A DNA stretch of 64,000 nt from a virus. Under the pieces are notes generated by a model. The model had not been told where the DNA came from, searched no databases, and saw nothing but the letters and a program-made list of their open reading frames with translations. Made by a program: the position numbers and the translations under genes. How positions within the stretch are numbered: the stretch's first letter is position 1; each line of letters begins with the position of its first letter. Positions 28,461 through 36,801 of this stretch are shown in pieces. The stretch is taken from IMG/VR virus record IMGVR_UViG_3300018018_000001, positions 64,001 through 128,000 of that record. One strand, written 5' to 3'.

Positions 28461-29385
28461 TTATCTTAAATTTTTCCTATTGTGGTGGTTTATTTACTTC
28501 ACTTTTACCATAACTGCTGGAATTATTAATGATTGTTATGGAGATACCTACAAAATAGGGTCTAAAGGTGCTGAGGTAGGACAGATCCAGACGCAGTTAA
28601 AGGCCCTTGGATACCAAGTAGAGGTAGATAACGTGTTTGGGCCTGAATTAGACACTACTGTGAAGCAATTTCAAAAGGGTAAAGGGCTTGATCCTGATGG
28701 GGTGGTGGGGCCGGGAACTTGGCTTATCCTTTTCGGTAAGCCACAAGATGTGTCAATTCCCCCAAGGGCTCAGGAATATCTCCCCGTTTTGAAAGAAAAT
28801 ATTTTGGATGTTTGGCCAGATATGCCAATAAAATCAACTACAGGTGGTCAAGTTGAGCAGGAAACATGCCCTTCTTTACATTCTTCTGAGTGTTGGAATC
28901 CTCATGCCGAATTAAAGACCTCAAGAGAGTATGGTTTTGGATTGGGGCAGATAACTGCCGCTTATGATTCCCAAGGTAAGGTAATCTTTGATAATTTTAA
29001 ATGGGCTGTTTCCCTGGACCAAAAGTTAAAGTCCTGGAAGTATGAGGATAGATACAACGCCGAATATCAACTTAGGGCTTTGATTCGTTTTGACCAATTG
29101 TACTGGAGAGGGGTTACGTGGGCTAAGGATGACCTAAACCATTGGGCTTTTACCCTTTCGTCCTATAATGGGGGAGATGGTGGGGTCCGTAATGATCGAA
29201 AGCTTTGTCAAAGTCAAGGTGGAGATTGTGATAATTGGTTTGGGGATAACGGAGTGGCTAAGTATTCCTGGAAATCGAAGATTAAAATACAGGGATATGG
29301 AGATTCATTCTATAGCATCAACCGATCATATGTCACTAACGTCCTTATGATGAGAAGACAAAAATATATTTCCTCTCTTGAATAG
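28429..29385 (+). CDS. Endolysin: N-terminal TM/signal, peptidoglycan-binding domain and lytic transglycosylase domain
   Basis: GSKGAEVGQIQ..L..LGY...D.VFG...VKQFQ...L..DGVVGPGTW; QVEQET, GFGLGQIT, SYNGG. Confidence 0.9.
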   Translation: MRLKTKRHLINYLKFFLLWWFIYFTFTITAGIINDCYGDTYKIGSKGAEVGQIQTQLKALGYQVEVDNVFGPELDTTVKQFQKGKGLDPDGVVGPGTWLILFGKPQDVSIPPRAQEYLPVLKENILDVWPDMPIKSTTGGQVEQETCPSLHSSECWNPHAELKTSREYGFGLGQITAAYDSQGKVIFDNFKWAVSLDQKLKSWKYEDRYNAEYQLRALIRFDQLYWRGVTWAKDDLNHWAFTLSSYNGGDGGVRNDRKLCQSQGGDCDNWFGDNGVAKYSWKSKIKIQGYGDSFYSINRSYVTNVLMMRRQKYISSLE

Positions 29386-29387
29386 GT

Positions 29388-29463
29388 TCCCCGCTTGCCT
29401 AAAGTCCTGGATTATCTCCGAATTCAGGCACCCTCCTTCCAACAGGGCAAGCGGGGATTTTTT
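29388..29463 (+). terminator. Terminator-like stem at the point of convergent transcription, with an inner domain
   Basis: tccccgcttgcc (29388-29399) pairs with ggcaagcgggga (29446-29457), followed by a T-run. Confidence 0.7.
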
Positions 29464-29665
29464 ATCTTCCTTTCGCTTTTAATCTCTTCTCATATTGTTC
29501 AGCTTTGAATATTTCCCATTCATCCTTAAGTCCACTAATTTCAATGAAATTTATTGCATCCATGAGTTGATCAGTGGTTTCTTCTAAATTTTTGGACAAA
29601 CCACGATATTCTTTAGGGATAGACATTGGTGGTCTACCTCTTTTCTTTTTTATTTCCTCCATCAA
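29462..29665 (-). CDS. Small protein with AT-hook-like KKRGRPP
   Basis: ORF with SD. Confidence 0.55.
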   Translation of the reverse strand: MMEEIKKKRGRPPMSIPKEYRGLSKNLEETTDQLMDAINFIEISGLKDEWEIFKAEQYEKRLKAKGR

Positions 29666-29671
29666 CCCTCC

Positions 29672-30082
29672 TTAAGATTTGAAACCACTATCAAGACGTT
29701 CTCTGCATCTTAAACAGTCTGAATAATCATGCTCTACAGGTTCATGCTCATCATCACCAAGTTTTGATTCATGGTCCATATCAGGATGACGTAACTGACT
29801 GCATCTAGGGCATCTTCCTTGGCTTATTAACTTGTCTCTGTATGCTTTATTTTCGGCTACCCTACCCTCTCTGTGATCTTGACACATACGATTTCCAGGG
29901 ACAGCCGGTTCATTACATCTTTGGCAAGTCCCTGTAGATACTTTTTTTTCATACCTATCAGCCCGGGTTTTCTTTATTTTTTCTCTACAAGGTTCACAGA
30001 TATCATATCCAGGAAGAGCAAAGTTACCACATTTCCTCCTCCTGCAGAGTCCCAATTGTTTCTTTTTCCAATCCTCTTTCAA
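29672..30082 (-). CDS. Cys-rich multi-zinc-finger protein
   Basis: Repeated C..C...C..C/H units. Confidence 0.65.
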   Translation of the reverse strand: MKEDWKKKQLGLCRRRKCGNFALPGYDICEPCREKIKKTRADRYEKKVSTGTCQRCNEPAVPGNRMCQDHREGRVAENKAYRDKLISQGRCPRCSQLRHPDMDHESKLGDDEHEPVEHDYSDCLRCRERLDSGFKS

Positions 30083-30702
30083 TCGACTACTTTCTCTCCC
30101 CTTATCGCTTTGATAATAACATTTTTAGGGGAAAGAATATATGGGTCAATGTAGATTTTGGAATTTTCCACACTCTGGGCCAGATCCCAACAGAACATGA
30201 GATAGCTACCTAGTCTTTTTTTAATTTCTTCTGGATACCCATGGTCCAGTTTTCCCAAGCAGCAGGGCATAAGGAACATGGCTTTCACATTACTTGTTTT
30301 GTAGATTTCTATGATCCTCTTGGCTAGGTTGCCACAAGCATGAATGGAAATAATGATGGTTTTGTCATTTACCCAGTTCATGATATTGGGATCATAAATA
30401 TCCCCAACAAGATAGGTAAATCCCTGGACCAATTCCCATCTTCTGCTTCTTGTTTTCTTGTCAACGGCATTTGCATAGTCCAGCTTGAATAAATGACAAG
30501 CTAAAACTGAAGTTAGTGCATTTCCTGCACATAGATCCAGGACATTGTATTTTCCTGGATTGGGAGGGATTAAGCTTTTTACCCTTTTAATCATTCCCAT
30601 GCTTTCAGATATTTCCTTCCCAGGGTTGTGTCCAATGGGGCTACAGGCTGCAAGCACATCACTGCTGCATTTTAAGTTTAAGAATTCATTAATATATCTC
30701 AT
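30079..30702 (-). CDS. SAM-dependent methyltransferase (Methyltransf_32-like)
   Basis: VLDLCAGNA, SIHACGNL, LMPCC. Confidence 0.75.
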   Translation of the reverse strand: MRYINEFLNLKCSSDVLAACSPIGHNPGKEISESMGMIKRVKSLIPPNPGKYNVLDLCAGNALTSVLACHLFKLDYANAVDKKTRSRRWELVQGFTYLVGDIYDPNIMNWVNDKTIIISIHACGNLAKRIIEIYKTSNVKAMFLMPCCLGKLDHGYPEEIKKRLGSYLMFCWDLAQSVENSKIYIDPYILSPKNVIIKAIRGEKVVD

Positions 30703-31399
30703 GATAAAACTCCTTTCTTATTCGCTCTTTTATCTTGTCCAAATTTTTTAATTCCTTCCCCCAAATTACTAAAGTCTGATAACCAAAAGGTTCAAATTCT
30801 TTAGCTCTATTCATGGGTGAATCCCCCCTATGCCAGTGCTCTCCAAAAAATTCTATAATCTATTTCTTTCCATTCACATTAACAAAATCAGGGCATTTAC
30901 CATTTATAATTAGTTGACCATCACCAACAAACTTCCATTCATTATTAAAATTATTATTCAGCCAGGATTCAAGAAACAATTCATACTTATTTGGTTTTAC
31001 ATTTAATGCTGAAAATATTCTCTTTGCATACTCTTCATTTTTCCATAATTCCTTCATGATTTTTGAATGTTCCATTCTTTTCTTACCAAACCAATAATTC
31101 TTTTCACCTTTATGGGATTCACTTATTTTTCTTATTGTATCCTCAGTTTTATTTACTCCTGGATTGTTTATTTTCATTCTCTTTGACTGTTCTGGGTTTT
31201 TCTTTCCTAATTGAGTTCCAGGTTTTCCAAACATTGGATTACCGGAGCCAGTATTTGCTTTACTTAAATTTTCTTTCCACTCTTTAGTGTGTTGTTTCTT
31301 TTTAACTGAGGGGCATTGATTCCAACTTTCAGAACAACACCATTTACCATTTTTAAATTGATATTTGGCTTCTTGCTCACAGCCATAATTACAGATCAT
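30689..31399 (-). pseudogene. Vsr/DUF559-like endonuclease with NUMOD3, split by an in-frame TAG
   Basis: CPDFVNVNGKK*IIEFFGEHWH...GYQTLVIWGKELK continues 56 codons in the same frame after TAG 30860-30862. Confidence 0.8.
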
Positions 31400-31830
31400 A
31401 CTTTACCTTTTTGATACTTTATTACATCTTTCATATCATACCCAAAGTAACAAATAAAGGGTTGAGTAGTCTCAAATATTTTACCTTCTTTTAATCCCCA
31501 ACTATGTGATCTCCATAATCCATCATTACTTAAGGCGAATCCTGTTGCAACACTGTCTATTTTGTTGCTGAATAGTAATTTTTTAGAATTTTCATGACAG
31601 TTATTGAGTTGCATCTTTTTATGTAATCTTCCTTTAATGGGAAAGAATTTACCTAATTTTGAAAATAGATCCATCTCCCAAGAAGGAATCTCACTAAATC
31701 TAACAATAACTGTTTTATCTTTGCCATTAGAAGTCATTAGTCTCAACACCTTTTTTGCAATAATGTTATTTTTTACTACTGATTTATTTTCTTTAGACCA
31801 ACGAATATAATGATCAGCTTTAGTATTCAT
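31396..31830 (-). CDS. Hypothetical protein with Cys/His papain- or transglutaminase-like motifs
   Basis: NNCHENS...GLWRSHSWG. Confidence 0.45.
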   Translation of the reverse strand: MNTKADHYIRWSKENKSVVKNNIIAKKVLRLMTSNGKDKTVIVRFSEIPSWEMDLFSKLGKFFPIKGRLHKKMQLNNCHENSKKLLFSNKIDSVATGFALSNDGLWRSHSWGLKEGKIFETTQPFICYFGYDMKDVIKYQKGKV

Positions 31831-32486
31831 GATTGTTTTAGCTTCTCTTTTTTTATTTTGGCTTTGTTATTCTCTACCTTCTTGGCATATCCCTCTTCTC
31901 CCCCAGAGTATTTGGCAAGGTACTGCTGAGGGAATCCCCTCTTATACATCAACAGGATTTCAGATCCTTTCTTGATATTCTCTTCAGCATCGAAATAGTT
32001 ATCCATTTTCCAAGAAGGTTTATGGATCTGCATCAGGCCCCTAGCATCTTTTGGACTGACTGCATTAATCTTAAATTCTGATTCGGTAAGTATAACTGCG
32101 GCTACCTCAAGAGGATCATGATGATTAGCCAAAGCCCACTTGGTTATTAGAAAAGCGAAAATGAATGACCTGTCTGGGTCTTGGTAAGCCACTTTGCTAA
32201 TTGACTTCCGCAGAGAATCTACATCCTGGAAGGCTTTTTCCATAGCCGGTAGGGTAGTGGCCAGCATCTTAATATTTTCGGCCACATAATAATTGGAATT
32301 AACTCCATCTGCTAAAACCCCCGCTGAAATGAAGGGTTGCAGGATAATCATAATAACAACAAGAAATTTGACTAAAGACATGTAGCTATTAATGACTATC
32401 TTTAACCATTCTTTTTTATCATAATCCCAAGCATATTTCCTGAATAATTTTTCAGGACTGCATTTTATTAATTGTTTAGTGTTCAT
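31827..32486 (-). CDS. Membrane-anchored lytic transglycosylase (SLT)
   Basis: AVILTESEF...AVS...ARGLMQI...NIKKG...Y. Confidence 0.85.
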   Translation of the reverse strand: MNTKQLIKCSPEKLFRKYAWDYDKKEWLKIVINSYMSLVKFLVVIMIILQPFISAGVLADGVNSNYYVAENIKMLATTLPAMEKAFQDVDSLRKSISKVAYQDPDRSFIFAFLITKWALANHHDPLEVAAVILTESEFKINAVSPKDARGLMQIHKPSWKMDNYFDAEENIKKGSEILLMYKRGFPQQYLAKYSGGEEGYAKKVENNKAKIKKEKLKQS

Positions 32487-32532
32487 TTATAACCTCCAAG
32501 TTTTTTAAATCTAAAATCCTCCTTTCTTTGTC

Positions 32533-32561
32533 TTTTCGGCAAGTCTGCAAATAATCTTTAG
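32533..32561 (-). promoter_or_regulatory. Sigma-28-type promoter
   Basis: CTAAA-gattatttgcagactt-GCCGAAAA upstream of the SLT gene. Confidence 0.7.
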
Positions 32562-32584
32562 CTATTTATTCCAGAGTCAAATTT

Positions 32585-32959
32585 TTACTTTGGTCCCTGC
32601 AATCTGAAATTACCTCTGATGATTCTTTGCATATCAGGGGGGAGTTTAAGTCCTGATTCCTTTAGCTTTATTTCTTCCTCAACGGCTTTCATTTTTTCTA
32701 AAACTTCATTGACATTTTTCTTATAATCTATTTCTAATCTTTCAGAGACTTCCCCTTGGATTAGAGTATCATTTTCCAGAACACTCAAATTAGGGGCGAA
32801 CTTTTGATCCTTGGTTGTGGAAAATAGAGGTCTTAGAACTGTTGCCTGTGTCATAAATATTACTTCTACAGGATTAATCCAGAACAAATCCCCATTCTTT
32901 GTTTCCTCTATTTCGGTAATGATTGTTACTCCAGTTTTGAAATAGTATTGTTTAACCAT
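32585..32959 (-). CDS. Hypothetical protein (possibly Sm-like)
   Basis: FKTGVTIITEI...NPVEVI pattern; weak. Confidence 0.45.
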   Translation of the reverse strand: MVKQYYFKTGVTIITEIEETKNGDLFWINPVEVIFMTQATVLRPLFSTTKDQKFAPNLSVLENDTLIQGEVSERLEIDYKKNVNEVLEKMKAVEEEIKLKESGLKLPPDMQRIIRGNFRLQGPK

Positions 32960-32979
32960 AAAGACAAATTTCTCCTTTC

Positions 32980-33204
32980 TTATTTTATTATCCCTTTCTT
33001 TTGAACTTGCAACCGTCTAAGAGCATTTTTAACATCTTGGCTGATAAATTCTAGGGATTGACAATCATGAGATTTCAGGTAATAACTTCGGGATTTTCTC
33101 CCTATGAATCCTTGAGTGTATGTAACTACCATTCTTTGTATATTGGTCATGGTAGGTAGAGTCTTTTCCTTCTTTCCAAAAATTTCTTTAAAATGCTTAA
33201 ACAT
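32980..33204 (-). CDS. Hypothetical protein
   Basis: GGAG SD; in operon. Confidence 0.5.
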   Translation of the reverse strand: MFKHFKEIFGKKEKTLPTMTNIQRMVVTYTQGFIGRKSRSYYLKSHDCQSLEFISQDVKNALRRLQVQKKGIIK

Positions 33205-33216
33205 TGACCTGTCCTC

Positions 33217-35415
33217 CTATTTATGGGTTTTGTTTTTCTCTATTAATCCTGCTTGAATTAAAATTATGGTCCCCACCTTGCTCATTTTATCACGTGGAAA
33301 GTATTGAGAGATAAATTTCATTGTAGATCCTTTATCTTTCATTATGTCAAATCCTGCCAGGTTAGCTTTTGCCCAAACCTCATTAACCTCTTTGGCCAAT
33401 ATCATCCTCTCTCTGGCCCATTTCCAAGCTTTTTGGATCTTGGTTGCCGATTTGTTTATCAACTCATGGGAATATTCTTCCAAGAGAAGTGTTTCAAAAT
33501 TTGCAACAGTTGGATCTGAATTGTCTTCAAAGGTGTTGAGGGCTGTATTCTTTAATGCTATCATGGGAATAGAACCAGAAGCTGCCCAATGAATTTTTTC
33601 TATTTCCTCAGGTTTACAGTTATGGACTATACCGGCAGTTGTAACAAAATTATGTGTATCTTCAACATCTATGCAGTATAGTGATTTTTCTTTTTTAGGA
33701 AGAGTGGATTCAGTAACAATGGCTATATCTAATCCAGGTATTCCAAGACCAATATCATATACTTTGGGATTATATTTAGGAGCATCTTTTGTTACTTTTC
33801 TTCTCATGCAGGGAATGATATATGAACCTATTTTTTTCATTAATTCTCTTGTTCCATCTGCATTGAAAATGATAACATTTTGGGTAGTTATACTGCAACC
33901 ATTAATTCCATAATCAGATAATTTCTTTATCAAAAATTCAATTTCATCCTTGGAAAATCCCATTGTTGCTAATGTTGCGATTCTCCCCCCTGATAAACTT
34001 CCGTCATCCATGTACCAAATTGCTAACATTAAACTGGTTAATTCAATGTCTTTCGGAACCATTTTTTTACCATTTGGATACCATTTTTCTCTTAATTGAG
34101 AACACCATATGCAAGATTCTGTACTTACTTGCCATGAATTATTTGCTAGGCTTTCTCTATATTTTTGCATATCTAACTCAAATTCCGATTGAACAAATTC
34201 ATCTAATAATTTAGATTTAAGTTTGGAATAAAGAATATCAGTTTGAGAGAAACGTAATCTTCTTTCTCCTTTGGATATGGAAGCATCCCCAAGTAAGGTT
34301 CCAATAACAATTTCCATCTGTTTTTTATTAGGAGCTAATTCTCCGGTATAGACTACTCTATTGCTTAATTCACCAGCGGGAATTTCTCCTTCTGGAGTAA
34401 TCCATTTATGGTCAACAGTTGAATTAACTCCTCTATAACCCAAAGAAGTTTTAACAGAATTTTTTAATCTGACACGGCACATCTCTCTACCTTCAAGTTT
34501 TGATTTGTGCCAACCATTTACAAATCTCCACCCTAAAGATCCATCATTTAATAAAGTTGCAACCTCTATTCTTAACTTATTTTGAACAATTACACCTAGT
34601 TTTATCCATCCATTTCTTGTCAAAACTGAGGTTCTATAATCTAAACACTTATACATCCTCCAGGATGCTCCCCCGATATAAGCATATATTACCATACCTT
34701 CAGTGAAAAGTCCATCAATATTTTTTATGGACATAGATTCTCTGAAATTATTATACATTGTGGTCAGGACTTCACTTGAGAGTATGGCCTTTCCGTAAGA
34801 TCCCCCTACAGGTAATTTTGTACCACTAACCAAATTAAGCATATTTGGAGGATTAACTTCGGCATCCCATATCTTTACCCCGAATAGGAAATTAACATCC
34901 AGAGGAACAGAATACTGGATTGTTATCTGATTTCTGAAACCAAATAACTCAAAGGAAAGATTGTATTCTGGGTTTGACAGGATTAACCGCATGATCCAGG
35001 AATTTTCTTGTAGACACTCAACCCACATTTGCTTAAATGGGTTGAATTGTGAATCTTGAATAACAGGGGTTAGTCTTGTTTTGTAGGTTATGTATTTTTT
35101 ATTTTGATACCAATAGGCATATGCCAAAACATTGGTTCCATCCAGTTTGTCCCATATCCTTATCTCATGAATATCAGGCCATTGGTAAGTCCCATTTTTG
35201 TCAAAGGGATAGTGAAGCTTTGGGGTTCCATAAATGACTTGTTCACATGCTTCACCATTCACTCTAAAGATTACTAAGGCCCCATATCTGTGATCTCCCC
35301 GGTTACAAAGATATCCATAAAGCCGATTGGGGGAATTAAAGGTATCCTCTACCTCAAATTCCTTCAAGTCTTTGGGGTTATCCAGGCCAAGTAATTCAAG
35401 AGCACGATTAATCAT
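33217..35415 (-). CDS. ATP-dependent RNA ligase with an intein
   Basis: Motif I KLDGTN, III FELFG, IV EGMV, V K|CK after intein removal. Confidence 0.85.
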   Translation of the reverse strand: MINRALELLGLDNPKDLKEFEVEDTFNSPNRLYGYLCNRGDHRYGALVIFRVNGEACEQVIYGTPKLHYPFDKNGTYQWPDIHEIRIWDKLDGTNVLAYAYWYQNKKYITYKTRLTPVIQDSQFNPFKQMWVECLQENSWIMRLILSNPEYNLSFELFGFRNQITIQYSVPLDVNFLFGVKIWDAEVNPPNMLNLVSGTKLPVGGSYGKAILSSEVLTTMYNNFRESMSIKNIDGLFTEGMVIYAYIGGASWRMYKCLDYRTSVLTRNGWIKLGVIVQNKLRIEVATLLNDGSLGWRFVNGWHKSKLEGREMCRVRLKNSVKTSLGYRGVNSTVDHKWITPEGEIPAGELSNRVVYTGELAPNKKQMEIVIGTLLGDASISKGERRLRFSQTDILYSKLKSKLLDEFVQSEFELDMQKYRESLANNSWQVSTESCIWCSQLREKWYPNGKKMVPKDIELTSLMLAIWYMDDGSLSGGRIATLATMGFSKDEIEFLIKKLSDYGINGCSITTQNVIIFNADGTRELMKKIGSYIIPCMRRKVTKDAPKYNPKVYDIGLGIPGLDIAIVTESTLPKKEKSLYCIDVEDTHNFVTTAGIVHNCKPEEIEKIHWAASGSIPMIALKNTALNTFEDNSDPTVANFETLLLEEYSHELINKSATKIQKAWKWARERMILAKEVNEVWAKANLAGFDIMKDKGSTMKFISQYFPRDKMSKVGTIILIQAGLIEKNKTHK
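33619..34647 (-). mobile_element. Intein (343 aa) with LAGLIDADG endonuclease
   Basis: CLDYRTSV start, TVDH block B, TLLGDAS and WYMDDGS, ends IVHN before Cys+1. Confidence 0.93.
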
Positions 35416-35418
35416 TTG

Positions 35419-35766
35419 TTATTCCTCAAATATTGATTTGAAAACTTTCTTTATTAATTCAGCAAAATATTCTTCTGCTACTTTCCAAGTTTCTTTTCTG
35501 GTTTCCCTTGTGTATTCAAATTCCCTAACCTCAGGCCAAAATATTTCATTCTGTCCTTTCTTTTCAAAAATCTTAATTCTTGGACCATAATATCCTTGTG
35601 ATCCACGTGCTACCCAAGTCATATGGCCTTTACTGTATGCCATTAGGTAATGCTCTGTTTCGTGAATAATCTGTAAGGGAACACCAAAATCAACTCCACC
35701 TGTTGTAAAGACAGGTTTTCCCTTATCATCGTCAAATCTGGTCATTGGTAATGGTTGACTAAACAT
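35419..35766 (-). CDS. Hypothetical protein (likely start ATG 35766, not 35871)
   Basis: GAGGT SD before ATG 35766; the upstream extension falls in a long hairpin. Confidence 0.55.
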   Translation of the reverse strand: MFSQPLPMTRFDDDKGKPVFTTGGVDFGVPLQIIHETEHYLMAYSKGHMTWVARGSQGYYGPRIKIFEKKGQNEIFWPEVREFEYTRETRKETWKVAEEYFAELIKKVFKSIFEE

Positions 35767-35784
35767 TCTTACCTCATTAATACG

Positions 35785-35953
35785 GGAGCCAGGGTGTCTA
35801 AACCTCCCATAGTCTGGAATCTTGGGAATTCCCCGCACCAGAAAAGAGGTAATTCCCCGGCTCCTAACCATTAAAAGTGGGGAGCAGGATCTTGATAAAG
35901 GGATTTCAGCAAAAACTGAGTATTCTTTACTCTAAGATCCCCATCCCCTTGTA
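35785..35953 (-). ncRNA. Putative two-domain structured RNA or leader
   Basis: Nested stems 35879-35948 and 35785-35864 begin right after a sigma-28-type promoter. Confidence 0.5.
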
Positions 35954-35959
35954 ATAGTC

Positions 35960-35988
35960 TCTTCGGCAAATCTTCAGAAATAGTTTAG
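35960..35988 (-). promoter_or_regulatory. Sigma-28-type promoter
   Basis: CTAAA-ctatttctgaagattt-GCCGAAGA. Confidence 0.75.
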
Positions 35989-36279
35989 CTACTTTTTAAC
36001 AGCATCCAAAGAATTTTTATAGCAGGAGATTGTACCCTCTAACTCCTTGGAATATTTGACGATAGCATTCATATTGTCCAGGACTTGGTTGAAATTGTCC
36101 GGGTGAGCTATCGTTTTGTTCATGTCCAATGGTTTGGGTGTCGGTTTCAATGGGACTGGGCATTGGGGGATTGGACATTGCACTTGGCTTATTTTTGGGC
36201 TGCAACTCGCTAGAATTAAACCACAAAATAACGTCATTGTAAATACCCTTAGCTTCCTTTTCATAATCATATCCTCCAA
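35989..36279 (-). CDS. o-spanin (Rz1-like lipoprotein)
   Basis: KRK...LFCGLILAS-C lipobox, Pro-rich mature part, overlaps the upstream gene in another frame. Confidence 0.8.
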   Translation of the reverse strand: MEDMIMKRKLRVFTMTLFCGLILASCSPKISQVQCPIPQCPVPLKPTPKPLDMNKTIAHPDNFNQVLDNMNAIVKYSKELEGTISCYKNSLDAVKK

Positions 36280-36748
36280 AGTAGTAAGTTTCTGGCACTG
36301 GTGGGCCAGTTATTGTCCCTGTCTCAGGGGCAGGGGTTGTTTCTACAGGCTTATTTCCCTCTTGGGTAGGGGGTGTAGCCACTCCAGGGGTAGATATGAT
36401 TCCAGGGGCTGCTGGAGGCGTTGGCTTAACCACTACTCCAGGAACAGGCTTAGCACAAGTCTTTTTCAAGGCATCAATCCTATTTTGAAGATCTTGGGCC
36501 TTTTTCTCAATATCCTGAAGGTTTTGAATCTGAATCAACAAGGCATCCCGATTTTGGGTCAATTCCTGATTGACTTTCTTTTGAGCTTCCAGGCTACTTG
36601 TTAGGGTAAGTACCTGATTTTGTAACTTTACTATATCCCCTTTCTCATAAAGATGAAGGGCTCCTAAATACCCACTGGCTGCCAAGAGAAGAACAATAAT
36701 AATGTTCTTAGGATTTTTCAAAATATTGAGTATCATTGTCATCCACAT
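36017..36748 (-). CDS. i-spanin (Rz-like)
   Basis: N-terminal TM, coiled coil, long Pro/Thr linker. Confidence 0.75.
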   Translation of the reverse strand: MWMTMILNILKNPKNIIIVLLLAASGYLGALHLYEKGDIVKLQNQVLTLTSSLEAQKKVNQELTQNRDALLIQIQNLQDIEKKAQDLQNRIDALKKTCAKPVPGVVVKPTPPAAPGIISTPGVATPPTQEGNKPVETTPAPETGTITGPPVPETYYFGGYDYEKEAKGIYNDVILWFNSSELQPKNKPSAMSNPPMPSPIETDTQTIGHEQNDSSPGQFQPSPGQYECYRQIFQGVRGYNLLL

Positions 36749-36801
36749 ATCTTTTCTCCTTTACAATTATGTAAGAAAAATTACCTATTTTTTCTTACAA
36801 T

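Noticed and set aside
35767-35871. N-terminal 35 aa of ORF 35419-35871
   Set aside because: No SD at 35871, a GAGGT SD precedes ATG 35766, and the segment is a long hairpin.
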